DNA from: Candidatus Azobacteroides sp.
GTDB lineage: Bacteria > Bacteroidota > Bacteroidia > Bacteroidales > Azobacteroidaceae
DNA: 64,000 bases
Direction: 5' to 3'
Assembly (NCBI GenBank): GCA_009783445.1
Contig: WRFY01000124.1
Span: 2,171 to 66,170 of the forward strand
The notes beneath the pieces are model-generated. The model made no database searches and was not told the origin of the DNA. It saw nothing but the letters and a program-made list of their open reading frames with translations. The position numbers and the translations under genes are program-made. This document shows, one piece after another, positions 1 through 9,308 of the stretch (its first letter is position 1; the number at the start of each line of letters is the position of its first letter).

Positions 1-84
1 CATTGCAAAATCAACCAACTCATCTTTAGACGCCGGCCATGGCGCATCTTCTAATTTTGAAGCTAATTCTAATGTCCAGTACAT
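1..84 (-). CDS. DUF2795-like small protein; only the N-terminal 28 codons are present because the gene runs off the window start
   Basis: Minus-strand ATG at 84. Translation is MYWTLELASKLEDAPWPASKDELVDFAM. The P-x-SKDEL-hydrophobic signature recalls DUF2795. Confidence 0.4.
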   Translation of the reverse strand, partial: MYWTLELASKLEDAPWPASKDELVDFAM

Positions 85-242
85 AATTTCAAATTTTTCG
101 CAAATGTAGAAAAAAATCATTTATATACAAGGTTTCTCCCTTGTAATTTCATCCGTATAGCATTTGTTTTTTAAGGTACTATTTGGAATTTGAAGAATCA
201 ATAGGACTACTATTTTTCTATTACAAATAGAATTCATTTCGT

Positions 243-791
243 TTAGTAGTTGTAAAATACAGATATTTCATCGGTGTTATGAATAAAACTTTGTTTCCGC
301 GACAACAAAAAGAAATAATCCGATAACCGATTGATGTATTTAAATAACAGAGGATCCAATTGGGAAGATTCGTCAATTTGATAAATCATTCTTTCCGCCC
401 GCCGGCAAATGGTACGGCATACATGCGACAGAGAATTGCTTTTGCATCCCCCTGGCAACACAAACGTTTTTAAGGGCGGTATTAAATCTTCGATCTTATC
501 CATTTCTTCTTCCAATCGATAAACGTCTTGCTCAGAAATGCCGCAACCTGTTTTGCTTGCCTCGGTAGCCAAATACGACCCCAGCGTAAAAAGATTGAAC
601 TGGATTTGCAAGAGAAGTTCCCGGTCGTCTCGGTTATTGATTTCATCCAATAAACAAGCCATGAACGAATTAAGTTCGTCTAATGTGCCGTAAGCTTCAA
701 TTCGGGGATTGGTTTTTGGAACTCTTTTTCCTCCGACCAATGAAGTGTAACCTCCGTCGCCCGTTCGTGTGTAAATTTTGCTTTTTTCCAT
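243..791 (-). CDS. pduO: ATP:cob(I)alamin adenosyltransferase, PduO type
   Basis: Track ORF 243..836 trimmed to the internal ATG at 791 (MEKSKIYTRTGDGGYTSL...). The N-terminal TRTGDGGxTSL motif and the size (about 180 aa) are typical of the PduO/MMAB family. Confidence 0.85.
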   Translation of the reverse strand: MEKSKIYTRTGDGGYTSLVGGKRVPKTNPRIEAYGTLDELNSFMACLLDEINNRDDRELLLQIQFNLFTLGSYLATEASKTGCGISEQDVYRLEEEMDKIEDLIPPLKTFVLPGGCKSNSLSHVCRTICRRAERMIYQIDESSQLDPLLFKYINRLSDYFFLLSRKQSFIHNTDEISVFYNY

Positions 792-1578
792 GATTAAAAT
801 ATACATTATAATGCCTTTTCGGCAGTTTATTGTCAAAAAATGCTACTCCTACGACATAAAGATCTATCGTCACTCGTGCCTGCGGAAGATTTTGAAGGAA
901 ACGCCATCCTTTCTTCATTTCTTGATTTTTGCGGATATTATTCAAAACAATAATACCATTTTTCCGTATCAAAGGTTCACACAAAGCATATATTTTTTCC
1001 CATTCCATCGAGTTCGGGAGTAAATTGACGAAAATAAAATCAACTTCTTGCAACAAGATGCAAAGCGCTTTCAGATTCTCTTCATAAGCGCCTTCCATCA
1101 AATGAAGTTGCTTCAAATGATGTGCCAAAATAAAGGGATCGATTGCAGAAAGCAGACCGGGACGTTCTTCCAACACGTAGCATTTGCTTTGCATGCCGGA
1201 AGCTAAAGCAAGATAAAGACCCATAATTCCGGTTGAACCGCCAATTTGAATCACGATCCGGCATTTAAAAAAATGCACGATCCGAAATAAAAATTTGCCG
1301 TAATTGGACGATTGAATTTCTTGAATGGTGATTTTACTCTGAAGATTGTTTTCAGTTAAAATTGTTTTTCTAAAATTTTCTATTTCTTCAAAAGCGTAAA
1401 AAGCCGACTTCTCTTCTATTACCTTGGTAATCAAACTATAAATAAAAGGCGAATGAATACCGTACCCTTTTCGCCGCCGAAAAAGCAAAGGGAGAGACGA
1501 AAAGGAAGAAAACGAAAAAAGCGAAGGAAACGAACGCAACGCCCTTTTCATCCGTTTTGTTTTCTTCATTTTTTTCAT
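697..1578 (-). CDS. class I SAM-dependent methyltransferase (O-methyltransferase-like)
   Basis: Shows the RKGYGIHSPF N-terminal motif and an IQIGGSTG glycine-rich SAM loop. The basic C-terminal tail overlaps the next gene by 95 nt, so the true 3' end is uncertain. Confidence 0.65.
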   Translation of the reverse strand: MKKMKKTKRMKRALRSFPSLFSFSSFSSLPLLFRRRKGYGIHSPFIYSLITKVIEEKSAFYAFEEIENFRKTILTENNLQSKITIQEIQSSNYGKFLFRIVHFFKCRIVIQIGGSTGIMGLYLALASGMQSKCYVLEERPGLLSAIDPFILAHHLKQLHLMEGAYEENLKALCILLQEVDFIFVNLLPNSMEWEKIYALCEPLIRKNGIIVLNNIRKNQEMKKGWRFLQNLPQARVTIDLYVVGVAFFDNKLPKRHYNVYFNHGKKQNLHTNGRRRLHFIGRRKKSSKNQSPN

Positions 1579-1635
1579 CTATACATCATTTGCTTCTATT
1601 TCGTTTCGAGTTGAATGGACAAAATGGCAGATACT

Positions 1636-2250
1636 TCATGTTTCAATAGTTTTAAAAACATAACCTTGCTGCAATAACCATTCAATGGATTTAGGCAAGA
1701 CTTCCATCATTTTGTCGGCCGCTTTGAGCGAATCGTGAAAGACGATCACAGAGCCGTTGCGGGTATATTTTTTTACTTTGTCAAATACTTCTTTGGCTGT
1801 CACTAACCGGCTGTAATCGCGCGTTACCACATCCCACAGGATCACCTTGTAACGCTTTCGCAAATTAAAAAACTGCGAAGGCCGCAAGTGTCCGTAAGGC
1901 GGTCTGAAAAGCGGACTTTGAATCCATTTTTCTGCTACTTTCACGTCGTTCAAATAATCCTTCGTTTTTGTTCTTAGTCCCTGAAGGTGATGAAACGTAT
2001 GATTACCCACCACATGTCCCCGCTCAATCAGCTGTCGATAGACTTCCGGATGTTTCCGCACATTATCTCCAACGCAAAAAAATGTAGCTTTGATCTGGTA
2101 TTGATCCAATAAATCCAATACCCACGGCGTTACATCCGGAATAGGGCCATCGTCAAAAGTCAAATAGACCGCCTTCTCTTCTCCCTGAAACCTCCAGTAC
2201 GCACCTGGAAAAAATGCTCTATAAATAGAGGGAGGTCGTTCAATCAGCAT
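1636..2250 (-). CDS. polysaccharide deacetylase (NodB homology domain)
   Basis: Contains the LTFDDGP and GNHTFHH motifs characteristic of CE4/NodB deacetylases. Confidence 0.85.
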   Translation of the reverse strand: MLIERPPSIYRAFFPGAYWRFQGEEKAVYLTFDDGPIPDVTPWVLDLLDQYQIKATFFCVGDNVRKHPEVYRQLIERGHVVGNHTFHHLQGLRTKTKDYLNDVKVAEKWIQSPLFRPPYGHLRPSQFFNLRKRYKVILWDVVTRDYSRLVTAKEVFDKVKKYTRNGSVIVFHDSLKAADKMMEVLPKSIEWLLQQGYVFKTIET

Positions 2251-2256
2251 AATATT

Positions 2257-5200
2257 TCAACGGTTTCGTCCTCCCCGCGGTAATTTTTCATTCCGTGCTT
2301 GGAATCGTTCCATACTTCTTGAAAAGTCGGGAGAATATTTATCAAATTTTTCAGAATCGTTTTCCGCAAAATAGTACAAAATATTTTGCATAAAAATCAA
2401 ATCTCTTTTTACATCTTCCAAAACACTGCCGTATTGATTTCTATCCAAACGAGTATACCAATTTAGATTTTTGTCGGATATTTCGGCCAGTTTTGTATAC
2501 AATTCGTCGGCTTTTTCTTTTTTTCCAATTTTATGATAGACGTCAGCCAACTCTCCAATGGAAAAATAATCGTAAGGCACATTGTAAGAAGGGATGGCTT
2601 CCAAACAACGATCGGCTGCTTTTTCCGCTTGTTCAAATTTGTTCTCTTCCACTAATTTTTTTGCCAACTGACCGAAAATGATGCGGAAAGTCCGCGCCAT
2701 CCGCATGCAGTTTTCATCTAAGTACAGCCCCGGCTGCTGCAGATTGCCCCATTTATACTTGTTCATCAGATTATCGTAAAGTACATCGGAATTAATTCTC
2801 TCGTAACGCGCTGCTTCAAAAGGCATAATGCGGTAACCCACTCCGTCTTGCCGGAAATAAGGATCCAACCTCATGTATTGATCCGAACCTACAGTGATGG
2901 CAAAATACATGGGACGCGACCAATCGGCATTATTTTTCAGCATTTCCAGAATCATCATTTCCGGCTTGCTCAAATATTTTTTCGGACGGGTCGTCGGTTC
3001 TCCTTTTTCATTGGGCTGGTCGCCAAAATCCAACACAAGGTAAGGATGCAACCAATCGGCATTCTCCGGTTTTACTAATCCGGAACGAATGATTGCGGCT
3101 GAATCTACCGGAATGCTGATCTTATAAGAAGGAACATTATCCAATTCGAAAGCATATCCCGGAAGAGTTTTATCGCGCGGATCATCCGATTTGATTCGTT
3201 TCAATACTCGGTCGACGGGGATAGGGCCTTGCTCCTCATTGAGAATATACGCTACATCGTGTTTGCCCTGTACGTATTCGTATTTTTTCCAGCTAATGGG
3301 AAGCGGCTCCGATTCGTAGGCCTGCCGTTTCATCTGGTCAATATACCAATCCGTTTGCAAATAACTCAAGTTGCAAACGCGAACATCCGTCCGGTATCCT
3401 TCCACTTCCTGGGAGTACCACAAGGGAAATGTATCATTATCGCCATTGGTGAAAATAATGGCATTGGGTTCGCAAGTACTCAAGTAATTCATACCGAAAT
3501 CACGGGTAAGAAACCGGCCTGATCGATCATGATCGTTCCATGTTTGGGAGGCCATCTGCACCGGTATCAGTAGGCAAAGAATGCTACCCAATACAGCCGA
3601 CGGAATCTTGGGCAAGCGAAGGTATTTATTTATTCCCTTAATAACTCCGGCGGTACCGATTCCTATCCAAATACAGAACGCATAAAACGAACCGGCGTAC
3701 GCATAGTCCCGCTCCCTTGGCTGGTAGGGCGTTTGATTTAAATAGACGACAATCGCCAAGCCCGTCATGAAAAACAAGAAGAAAGTCACCCAGAATTGTT
3801 CTGCTCCCTTTTTACCGGCGTATACTTGGAAGAAAATACCTAAAATTCCTAACAACAAAGGAAGCATATAATATTTGTTGTGTCCCTTGTTTTTTGCAAT
3901 GCTGTCCGGCATATCGTCCTGCGGACCAACTAATTGTTGATCAATCCATTTGATGCCTGTAATCCAATTGCCATTGGAAACTTCTCCGTTTCCCTGTATA
4001 TCATTTTGCCGTCCGGAAAAATTCCATAAAAAATAGCGCCAATACATGAAATTAACCTGATATTCGAAAAAATAGCATAAATTTTCTCCGAACGTGGGTT
4101 TGTATACCCATTTGCCGCCATTGGGAGTAGATACCCGCACACGGGTTCCTTTAAAGTTCGACCACTCCTTATATCCTTGCATATAACGCGGATCCGAATT
4201 ATTATACATACGAGGAAACAAAGTATTCAATTCATCGGTATAGATATATTGCCGTCTGCGTCCGGATTCGTAATAGTGATCTTTTTCCGATGGGTCTTTT
4301 TTGGGTACTTGCGTCCAGATCGGACCTTCGTCTTTCATAGCTGCTTCCAGCATGCCCCCTTTTTCTTCGTATTTTACTTCGGAGACAAAAGTTGGTCCGT
4401 AAAACAAAGGCGTTTCGCCATACTGTTCGCGACTCAGATAGGTTCGCAATGTAAATATATCTTCGGGCGAATTCTGATCCATCGGCGTATTGGCCATGGA
4501 ACGGATCACGATTAACGCATAGGAAGAATAACCGATAGTAATAACGAGCAGTCCGAGCAATATGCTGTTCAATGATACCATATTGATTTTTTTTACCGCA
4601 AACAGGAAAACAATCAACGCCAAAATAATGCAGATGCCTATACCCAAGCCATTCCCGAGAAAGGGAATTCCCAACAAAGTGATGGCAATGATAAAAGCAA
4701 TTTTGGCTCGTTCCGGTTTTTGAGTGGGATGCATCGTTTCCCAAATAGCCCACGACAAGACGCCTAAAATAAGCAATAGATAAAACAGGACTCCCGAATT
4801 GTAAGGCAGAGAAAATACATTCACAAATAATAATTCGAACCATCCGCACACTTCGACCAATCCCTGTACTAATCCGAAAAGAATGCCGATCATAATTCCG
4901 AAAGATATCAGCAATGCGATCAAAGCGCCTTTCCATGTCGGTTGGTTTGTTTTACGGAAATAATAGACTAATACAATGGCTGGAATGCAGAGCAGATTCA
5001 ATAAGTGAATAGCGATGGAAAGGCCCATCAGGTAAGCAATCAGGATCAACCATCGGATAGAATAAGAATCATCGGCGACTTCTTCCCATTTCAGGATCAA
5101 CCAAAACACAATGGCAGTCATAAAGGAAGAAAAAGCGTATACTTCGCCTTCAACCGCCGAAAACCAGAACGTATCGGAGAAAGTATAAGCCAAAGCGCCT

Positions 5201-5580
5201 ACCGCACCCGCTCCCCAAATGGAAATCATTTGCGCTGCCGTCATCGTCTGTTGTCCATCAGGACAAAGAAGTTTCTGCATCAGACGGGTAATCGTCCAAA
5301 AAAGAAAAAGAATCGTTAAGGCGCTAAAAATAGCAGACAAAGCATTCAACATTTTTGCTACCTGCGAAGGTTCGGATGCCAAATGAGAAAAAAGATTACC
5401 CATTAACATGAAAATAGGCGCTCCGGGTGGGTGGCCTACTTCCAATTTGTATGCGGATGAAATAAATTCGCTGCAATCCCAAAAACTTGCCGTCGGTTCG
5501 ATTGTCAATAAATAAACAGTGGCCGCAATGGCAAAGATAACCCATCCCAACACATTATTCACCAATTTGTATCTTTTCAT
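2257..5580 (-). CDS. DUF2723 / GT117-type polytopic membrane glycosyltransferase-like protein
   Basis: 1107 aa with many TM segments. The N-terminal TIEPTASFWDCSEFI...GHPPGAP motif is typical of DUF2723, and the C-terminus is TPR-like. Confidence 0.8.
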   Translation of the reverse strand: MKRYKLVNNVLGWVIFAIAATVYLLTIEPTASFWDCSEFISSAYKLEVGHPPGAPIFMLMGNLFSHLASEPSQVAKMLNALSAIFSALTILFLFWTITRLMQKLLCPDGQQTMTAAQMISIWGAGAVGALAYTFSDTFWFSAVEGEVYAFSSFMTAIVFWLILKWEEVADDSYSIRWLILIAYLMGLSIAIHLLNLLCIPAIVLVYYFRKTNQPTWKGALIALLISFGIMIGILFGLVQGLVEVCGWFELLFVNVFSLPYNSGVLFYLLLILGVLSWAIWETMHPTQKPERAKIAFIIAITLLGIPFLGNGLGIGICIILALIVFLFAVKKINMVSLNSILLGLLVITIGYSSYALIVIRSMANTPMDQNSPEDIFTLRTYLSREQYGETPLFYGPTFVSEVKYEEKGGMLEAAMKDEGPIWTQVPKKDPSEKDHYYESGRRRQYIYTDELNTLFPRMYNNSDPRYMQGYKEWSNFKGTRVRVSTPNGGKWVYKPTFGENLCYFFEYQVNFMYWRYFLWNFSGRQNDIQGNGEVSNGNWITGIKWIDQQLVGPQDDMPDSIAKNKGHNKYYMLPLLLGILGIFFQVYAGKKGAEQFWVTFFLFFMTGLAIVVYLNQTPYQPRERDYAYAGSFYAFCIWIGIGTAGVIKGINKYLRLPKIPSAVLGSILCLLIPVQMASQTWNDHDRSGRFLTRDFGMNYLSTCEPNAIIFTNGDNDTFPLWYSQEVEGYRTDVRVCNLSYLQTDWYIDQMKRQAYESEPLPISWKKYEYVQGKHDVAYILNEEQGPIPVDRVLKRIKSDDPRDKTLPGYAFELDNVPSYKISIPVDSAAIIRSGLVKPENADWLHPYLVLDFGDQPNEKGEPTTRPKKYLSKPEMMILEMLKNNADWSRPMYFAITVGSDQYMRLDPYFRQDGVGYRIMPFEAARYERINSDVLYDNLMNKYKWGNLQQPGLYLDENCMRMARTFRIIFGQLAKKLVEENKFEQAEKAADRCLEAIPSYNVPYDYFSIGELADVYHKIGKKEKADELYTKLAEISDKNLNWYTRLDRNQYGSVLEDVKRDLIFMQNILYYFAENDSEKFDKYSPDFSRSMERFQARNEKLPRGGRNR

Positions 5581-5704
5581 TCTTATAGTTTTTAAGTACT
5601 TCTCTATAATTTGTTTTGGGGGGCAAAGTTAGTAAAATAATCATAAATAAAAAACATTCTTTCTATTTTCCCTGAACCAAGATATTAAATGATAAGACAA
5701 CACA

Positions 5705-5739
5705 AAAATAAGTGCGGACTTGTAGTCCGCACTTATTTT
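5705..5739 (-). terminator. Rho-independent terminator closing the RiPP operon and lipoprotein gene
   Basis: Perfect 16-bp stem (AAAATAAGTGCGGACT / AGTCCGCACTTATTTT) with a 3-nt loop. On the minus strand it is followed by TTTTTGTG. Confidence 0.75.
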
Positions 5740-5780
5740 TGCATCAAAAAAATGCTTTTAACACATTTTCTGTAAATCAA

Positions 5781-6431
5781 TCACTTTTCTTCTTTTACAT
5801 TTCCTTCCGCATCCGCTGTAAAATTAAATTTAAGATAAGATATTTCTGTCCCAAGCCCTCCGGATTTAGCTGTCGTTCTTGATCCCTGACGACTTTCAAT
5901 GGTAAAAGAATGAATGATTTTCGACGGATCGGCGTTTACGATAATGTCATACGTTCTTATTCCGGAAAATTCATTTTCTGATTCTTCAACCATTTTTCCC
6001 GCTTTGTTGACATTAGAGGCAATTTTTGAAAAATCAATTTCACTTAATTTCAATACATCTTCGGGCTTAACCGTAGGAGTATCGGTATCATCATCCACGT
6101 ATTTTCCGAGAGTTGATCTTTCTTTTCCTTCGGAATTACTGCCCAAAGTAATGTATTTACATTTTACGGTATTCGAACCGGATTCGAAGTAATAGACTTG
6201 GGCTGATGTTACCGTTTTGGAAAAGTTGTCTCCTGTTCCCGCGGATCCGAGAGAGATTTCGATAATTTTGGCGTCGGAACCGACAAATTTCTCAATCTTT
6301 GAACGCAAATTGTCATCAATGTCTTTTTGGTTAGTAATATCAATTCCGAAAAGACCGCTGCATGAATGCTGTGTCAACGCTGTTGCAACTACAACAGACA
6401 ATAAAAGAATTGTACGCAAATGTTTCTTCAT
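5781..6431 (-). CDS. hypothetical lipoprotein, last gene before the terminator
   Basis: Signal peptide with a lipobox-like Cys (LTQHSCSG). No family recognised. Confidence 0.6.
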   Translation of the reverse strand: MKKHLRTILLLSVVVATALTQHSCSGLFGIDITNQKDIDDNLRSKIEKFVGSDAKIIEISLGSAGTGDNFSKTVTSAQVYYFESGSNTVKCKYITLGSNSEGKERSTLGKYVDDDTDTPTVKPEDVLKLSEIDFSKIASNVNKAGKMVEESENEFSGIRTYDIIVNADPSKIIHSFTIESRQGSRTTAKSGGLGTEISYLKFNFTADAEGNVKEEK

Positions 6432-6547
6432 AACGATAAATTATAATATTCAATAAAGTGCAAATATACAAAATAAAAACGAAGTTCAGCATTTTTCCCA
6501 TGTTAGCCGCCTATTCCGTCCTATTTTTCTCTCTGAATCGCCAGTTT

Positions 6548-7063
6548 TCATCGTTTCAACCATCCAAAAAGGACTTTTAGCAAACGCTCTTTTTTCAACA
6601 AAACAGTGGCGTTTCCCTGCATAGAAGGATAATAAGAAATGATTTTACCGCTGGATAAACGAAGATTGTCTTGCAAATTAACCTTAGCTATCAAATATTT
6701 ACACCCTTCTTTCCTGACAACGACAGAGTCTTTTTTTTCAATCCGACCGAAGAGCTGTCCGTATTTGTTTTTGTTGTAGCCTTCTATTTCAATCATAACA
6801 GATAACCCGAGTTCCATTTTTGACTGTAAGGCAATGGGAATTTCAATTATTGCGCCATAAGCAGAATTTTCCATGGGAACAATGTACGCAGTTGCTTGAA
6901 CAGTTTCGGTGTAGGGGAAGAAGTAACTTCCAATAATCAATAAAGTGAACACAACAAATAAAACAGTAATGCCGCTGCGTACTACCAATGGAGGCATTTT
7001 CCCTATGATCGACCGTACTTTCTCACTTCTTAATTCTATCGAATCCATATTTTCAATTTCCAA
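6548..7063 (-). CDS. short HlyD-family membrane-fusion-like protein lacking the coiled-coil hairpin
   Basis: The N-terminus (ELRSEKVRSIIGKMPPLVVRSGITVLFVV, one TM) is typical of bacteriocin-exporter HlyD partners in Bacteroidota. It is only 171 aa, and its start overlaps the ABC gene stop by 11 nt. Confidence 0.6.
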   Translation of the reverse strand: MEIENMDSIELRSEKVRSIIGKMPPLVVRSGITVLFVVFTLLIIGSYFFPYTETVQATAYIVPMENSAYGAIIEIPIALQSKMELGLSVMIEIEGYNKNKYGQLFGRIEKKDSVVVRKEGCKYLIAKVNLQDNLRLSSGKIISYYPSMQGNATVLLKKERLLKVLFGWLKR

Positions 7064-9293
7064 GTTCCAACTGATTCTTAACTAAATAATAATAAGCTCC
7101 TTTACTTTTTATTAATTCCTCATGAGTGCCGATCTCTATTATCTCTCCTTTGTCTAATACAACTATCTGATCGGCATTTTTTACCGTACTTAACCGGTGG
7201 GCCACTACCACTACTGTTCGTCCCTGATAAAATGCATTCAGATTTTCAATAATCATTTTTTCATTATTAGCATCCAAAGCATTAGTTGCCTCATCCAGAA
7301 AGATAAATTGAGGATTGCGATAGACGACCCGTGCAATCAGAATGCGTTGTTTTTGCCCATAGCTCAATCCCTGTCCTTCCTGACCAATAATGGTATTGTA
7401 TTTAAGGGGCAGTTTTTCAATATGATCTTTAATATTTGCAATCGTTACCGCATTTTGCAGTCGTTCTAAATCAATATCTTCATCGTTTACTGCCACATTG
7501 CGAGCGATGGATTCGGAAAAAATATAGCCATCCTGCATCACCACTCCACATTGCTTCCTCCACCAGTGAATATCGATGTCCTGCAAATTCTTATCCGCTA
7601 TGTTTATTTGCCCTTCGGTAGGCGGATAGTACCCTAAAAGCAGTTTAATAAGTGTTGTTTTTCCACTTCCGCTTGCCCCGACAATAGCAGTTACTTTTCC
7701 TTTAGGTAGAGTAAGATTAATGTTATTCAATGCTTTAGGAGAATAAGGTCCTTCATATTGAAAAGCGAGATTGCTTATATGAATATCTTCGCCCTGATAC
7801 AACTCCAAAGCGTCTTTCTCCGCATCTTCTTCATTTTTTTTGACATGTATCTCACTGATACGTTCCAAACTGATGCTTACATCCTGCCATTGGTAAACAA
7901 AGTTAACTAACTGTTCTACAGGACTATTCAATTGTCCGATAATATATTGTACCGAAAGCATCATCCCCAGTGTAAGTTGTCCGTGGATGACCGATGTAGC
8001 CGCCAGAATAGTGATGACAATATTTTTCAGTTCATTGATGGCCATAGCTCCTGCTTCCTGTGTCTGTTGTAACGAGAGCGTATCAAGATTGACTTTGAAC
8101 AAATCGGCCTGCACATCTTCCCATTCCCAACGTTTGCGTTGCTCGCACCCTTGCAGCTTAATCTCCTGCATCCCATTAATCAACTGGTATACCTTACTTC
8201 GATTTTTTCCCTCCTGTTCAAAAACTCGGTAATCGAGCATTCGCCTGTGCTTCAGGGAAAGGAGTATCCATACGGCATAAAGAACCGTGCCAATGAAAAA
8301 CACCAGAAAGATTCGCAAATCGTACAATAATAAAACAATGCCAAAGATTAGCAAACTGAAAAACGAAAAGAGGACATTGAGGCTTTGCGCTGTGAGGAAA
8401 CGCTCCACCCGGTTATGATCTTCGATGCGCTGAAGCAAATCGCCCAACAGTTTGGTATCGAAAAAGCTCATCGGGAGCTTCATCAACTTGATAAAGAAAT
8501 CGGAAATAAGTGAAATATTAATACGGGCGCTGATGTGCAGCAAGATACGACGCCGAATAAAATCAACTGCAGTATGTCCGAAGAGTAACATTAACTGTGC
8601 CAGCAAGATAAGATAGATAAAGCTGATATTTTGGTTGGCAATTCCCGTATCTACAATGGCCTGCGTAAGGAAAGGGAAAAAGAGCTGCAACAGACTACCC
8701 AACAATAACCCCAACAGAAGCTGTCCGAAAAGCTGACGATAAGGTAAGAAATAATTGCTCAAGAAGCGAAAACGATTACGAGTAATAATCTCTCCTTCCT
8801 GTCGATAAAAGGCTTCGGTAGGCTGTAATATCAATGCGACTCCTTTCTCTTCTCCACATGATCGCGTACTAATCCAATTATCACAAAACTCTTGCTCACT
8901 GTACTGCAACAAGCCTTTACCCGGATCGGCGACTTTAACTACATATTCTGCCATTGCAGACTTGACCCGTAATCTCCATTTCTTTTTGGAAATTTCATAT
9001 ACCACTACAAAGTGATTCTGCTGCCAATGAACGATGCAAGGCAGCGGAGCTTTTTCTGTTAATTGTGTAAAAGTAAATCTACCACCCACCGTTCGAAAAC
9101 CGATTTCTTCGGCTGCTTCGCTTATGCCAAGCATGGATACGCCTTCGCGGGAAAGATGCGATTTTTTCCGCAAACCTTCCAACGAATAGCGGCGACCATA
9201 ATAGGCCGCGACCATGCGCAGGCAGGTGGGTCCGCAATCCATGACATCGAGCTGGTGGAAAACAGGGAAGTTATTCATGGAAAAATTTCTCAT
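7053..9293 (-). CDS. peptidase C39 domain-containing ABC transporter (peptide cleavage/export permease-ATPase)
   Basis: N-terminal C39 motif QLDVMDCGPTCLRMV, a six-TM ABC membrane domain, Walker A GASGSGKTT, signature LSYGQKQR and Walker B FIFLDEATNALD. Confidence 0.9.
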   Translation of the reverse strand: MRNFSMNNFPVFHQLDVMDCGPTCLRMVAAYYGRRYSLEGLRKKSHLSREGVSMLGISEAAEEIGFRTVGGRFTFTQLTEKAPLPCIVHWQQNHFVVVYEISKKKWRLRVKSAMAEYVVKVADPGKGLLQYSEQEFCDNWISTRSCGEEKGVALILQPTEAFYRQEGEIITRNRFRFLSNYFLPYRQLFGQLLLGLLLGSLLQLFFPFLTQAIVDTGIANQNISFIYLILLAQLMLLFGHTAVDFIRRRILLHISARINISLISDFFIKLMKLPMSFFDTKLLGDLLQRIEDHNRVERFLTAQSLNVLFSFFSLLIFGIVLLLYDLRIFLVFFIGTVLYAVWILLSLKHRRMLDYRVFEQEGKNRSKVYQLINGMQEIKLQGCEQRKRWEWEDVQADLFKVNLDTLSLQQTQEAGAMAINELKNIVITILAATSVIHGQLTLGMMLSVQYIIGQLNSPVEQLVNFVYQWQDVSISLERISEIHVKKNEEDAEKDALELYQGEDIHISNLAFQYEGPYSPKALNNINLTLPKGKVTAIVGASGSGKTTLIKLLLGYYPPTEGQINIADKNLQDIDIHWWRKQCGVVMQDGYIFSESIARNVAVNDEDIDLERLQNAVTIANIKDHIEKLPLKYNTIIGQEGQGLSYGQKQRILIARVVYRNPQFIFLDEATNALDANNEKMIIENLNAFYQGRTVVVVAHRLSTVKNADQIVVLDKGEIIEIGTHEELIKSKGAYYYLVKNQLELGN

Positions 9294-9308
9294 ATTCTCA
9301 TTTTTGTT

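Noticed and set aside
697-791. 95-nt same-strand overlap between the methyltransferase ORF and the PduO adenosyltransferase gene.
   Set aside because: It is most simply explained as a C-terminal read-through tail (NHGKKQNLHTNGRRRLHFIGRRKKSSKNQSPN, basic and low-complexity). A TAA lies in an alternative frame 2 nt before the pduO ATG. It could be a sequencing indel or a natural stop loss, and it is not evidence of a functional overlap.
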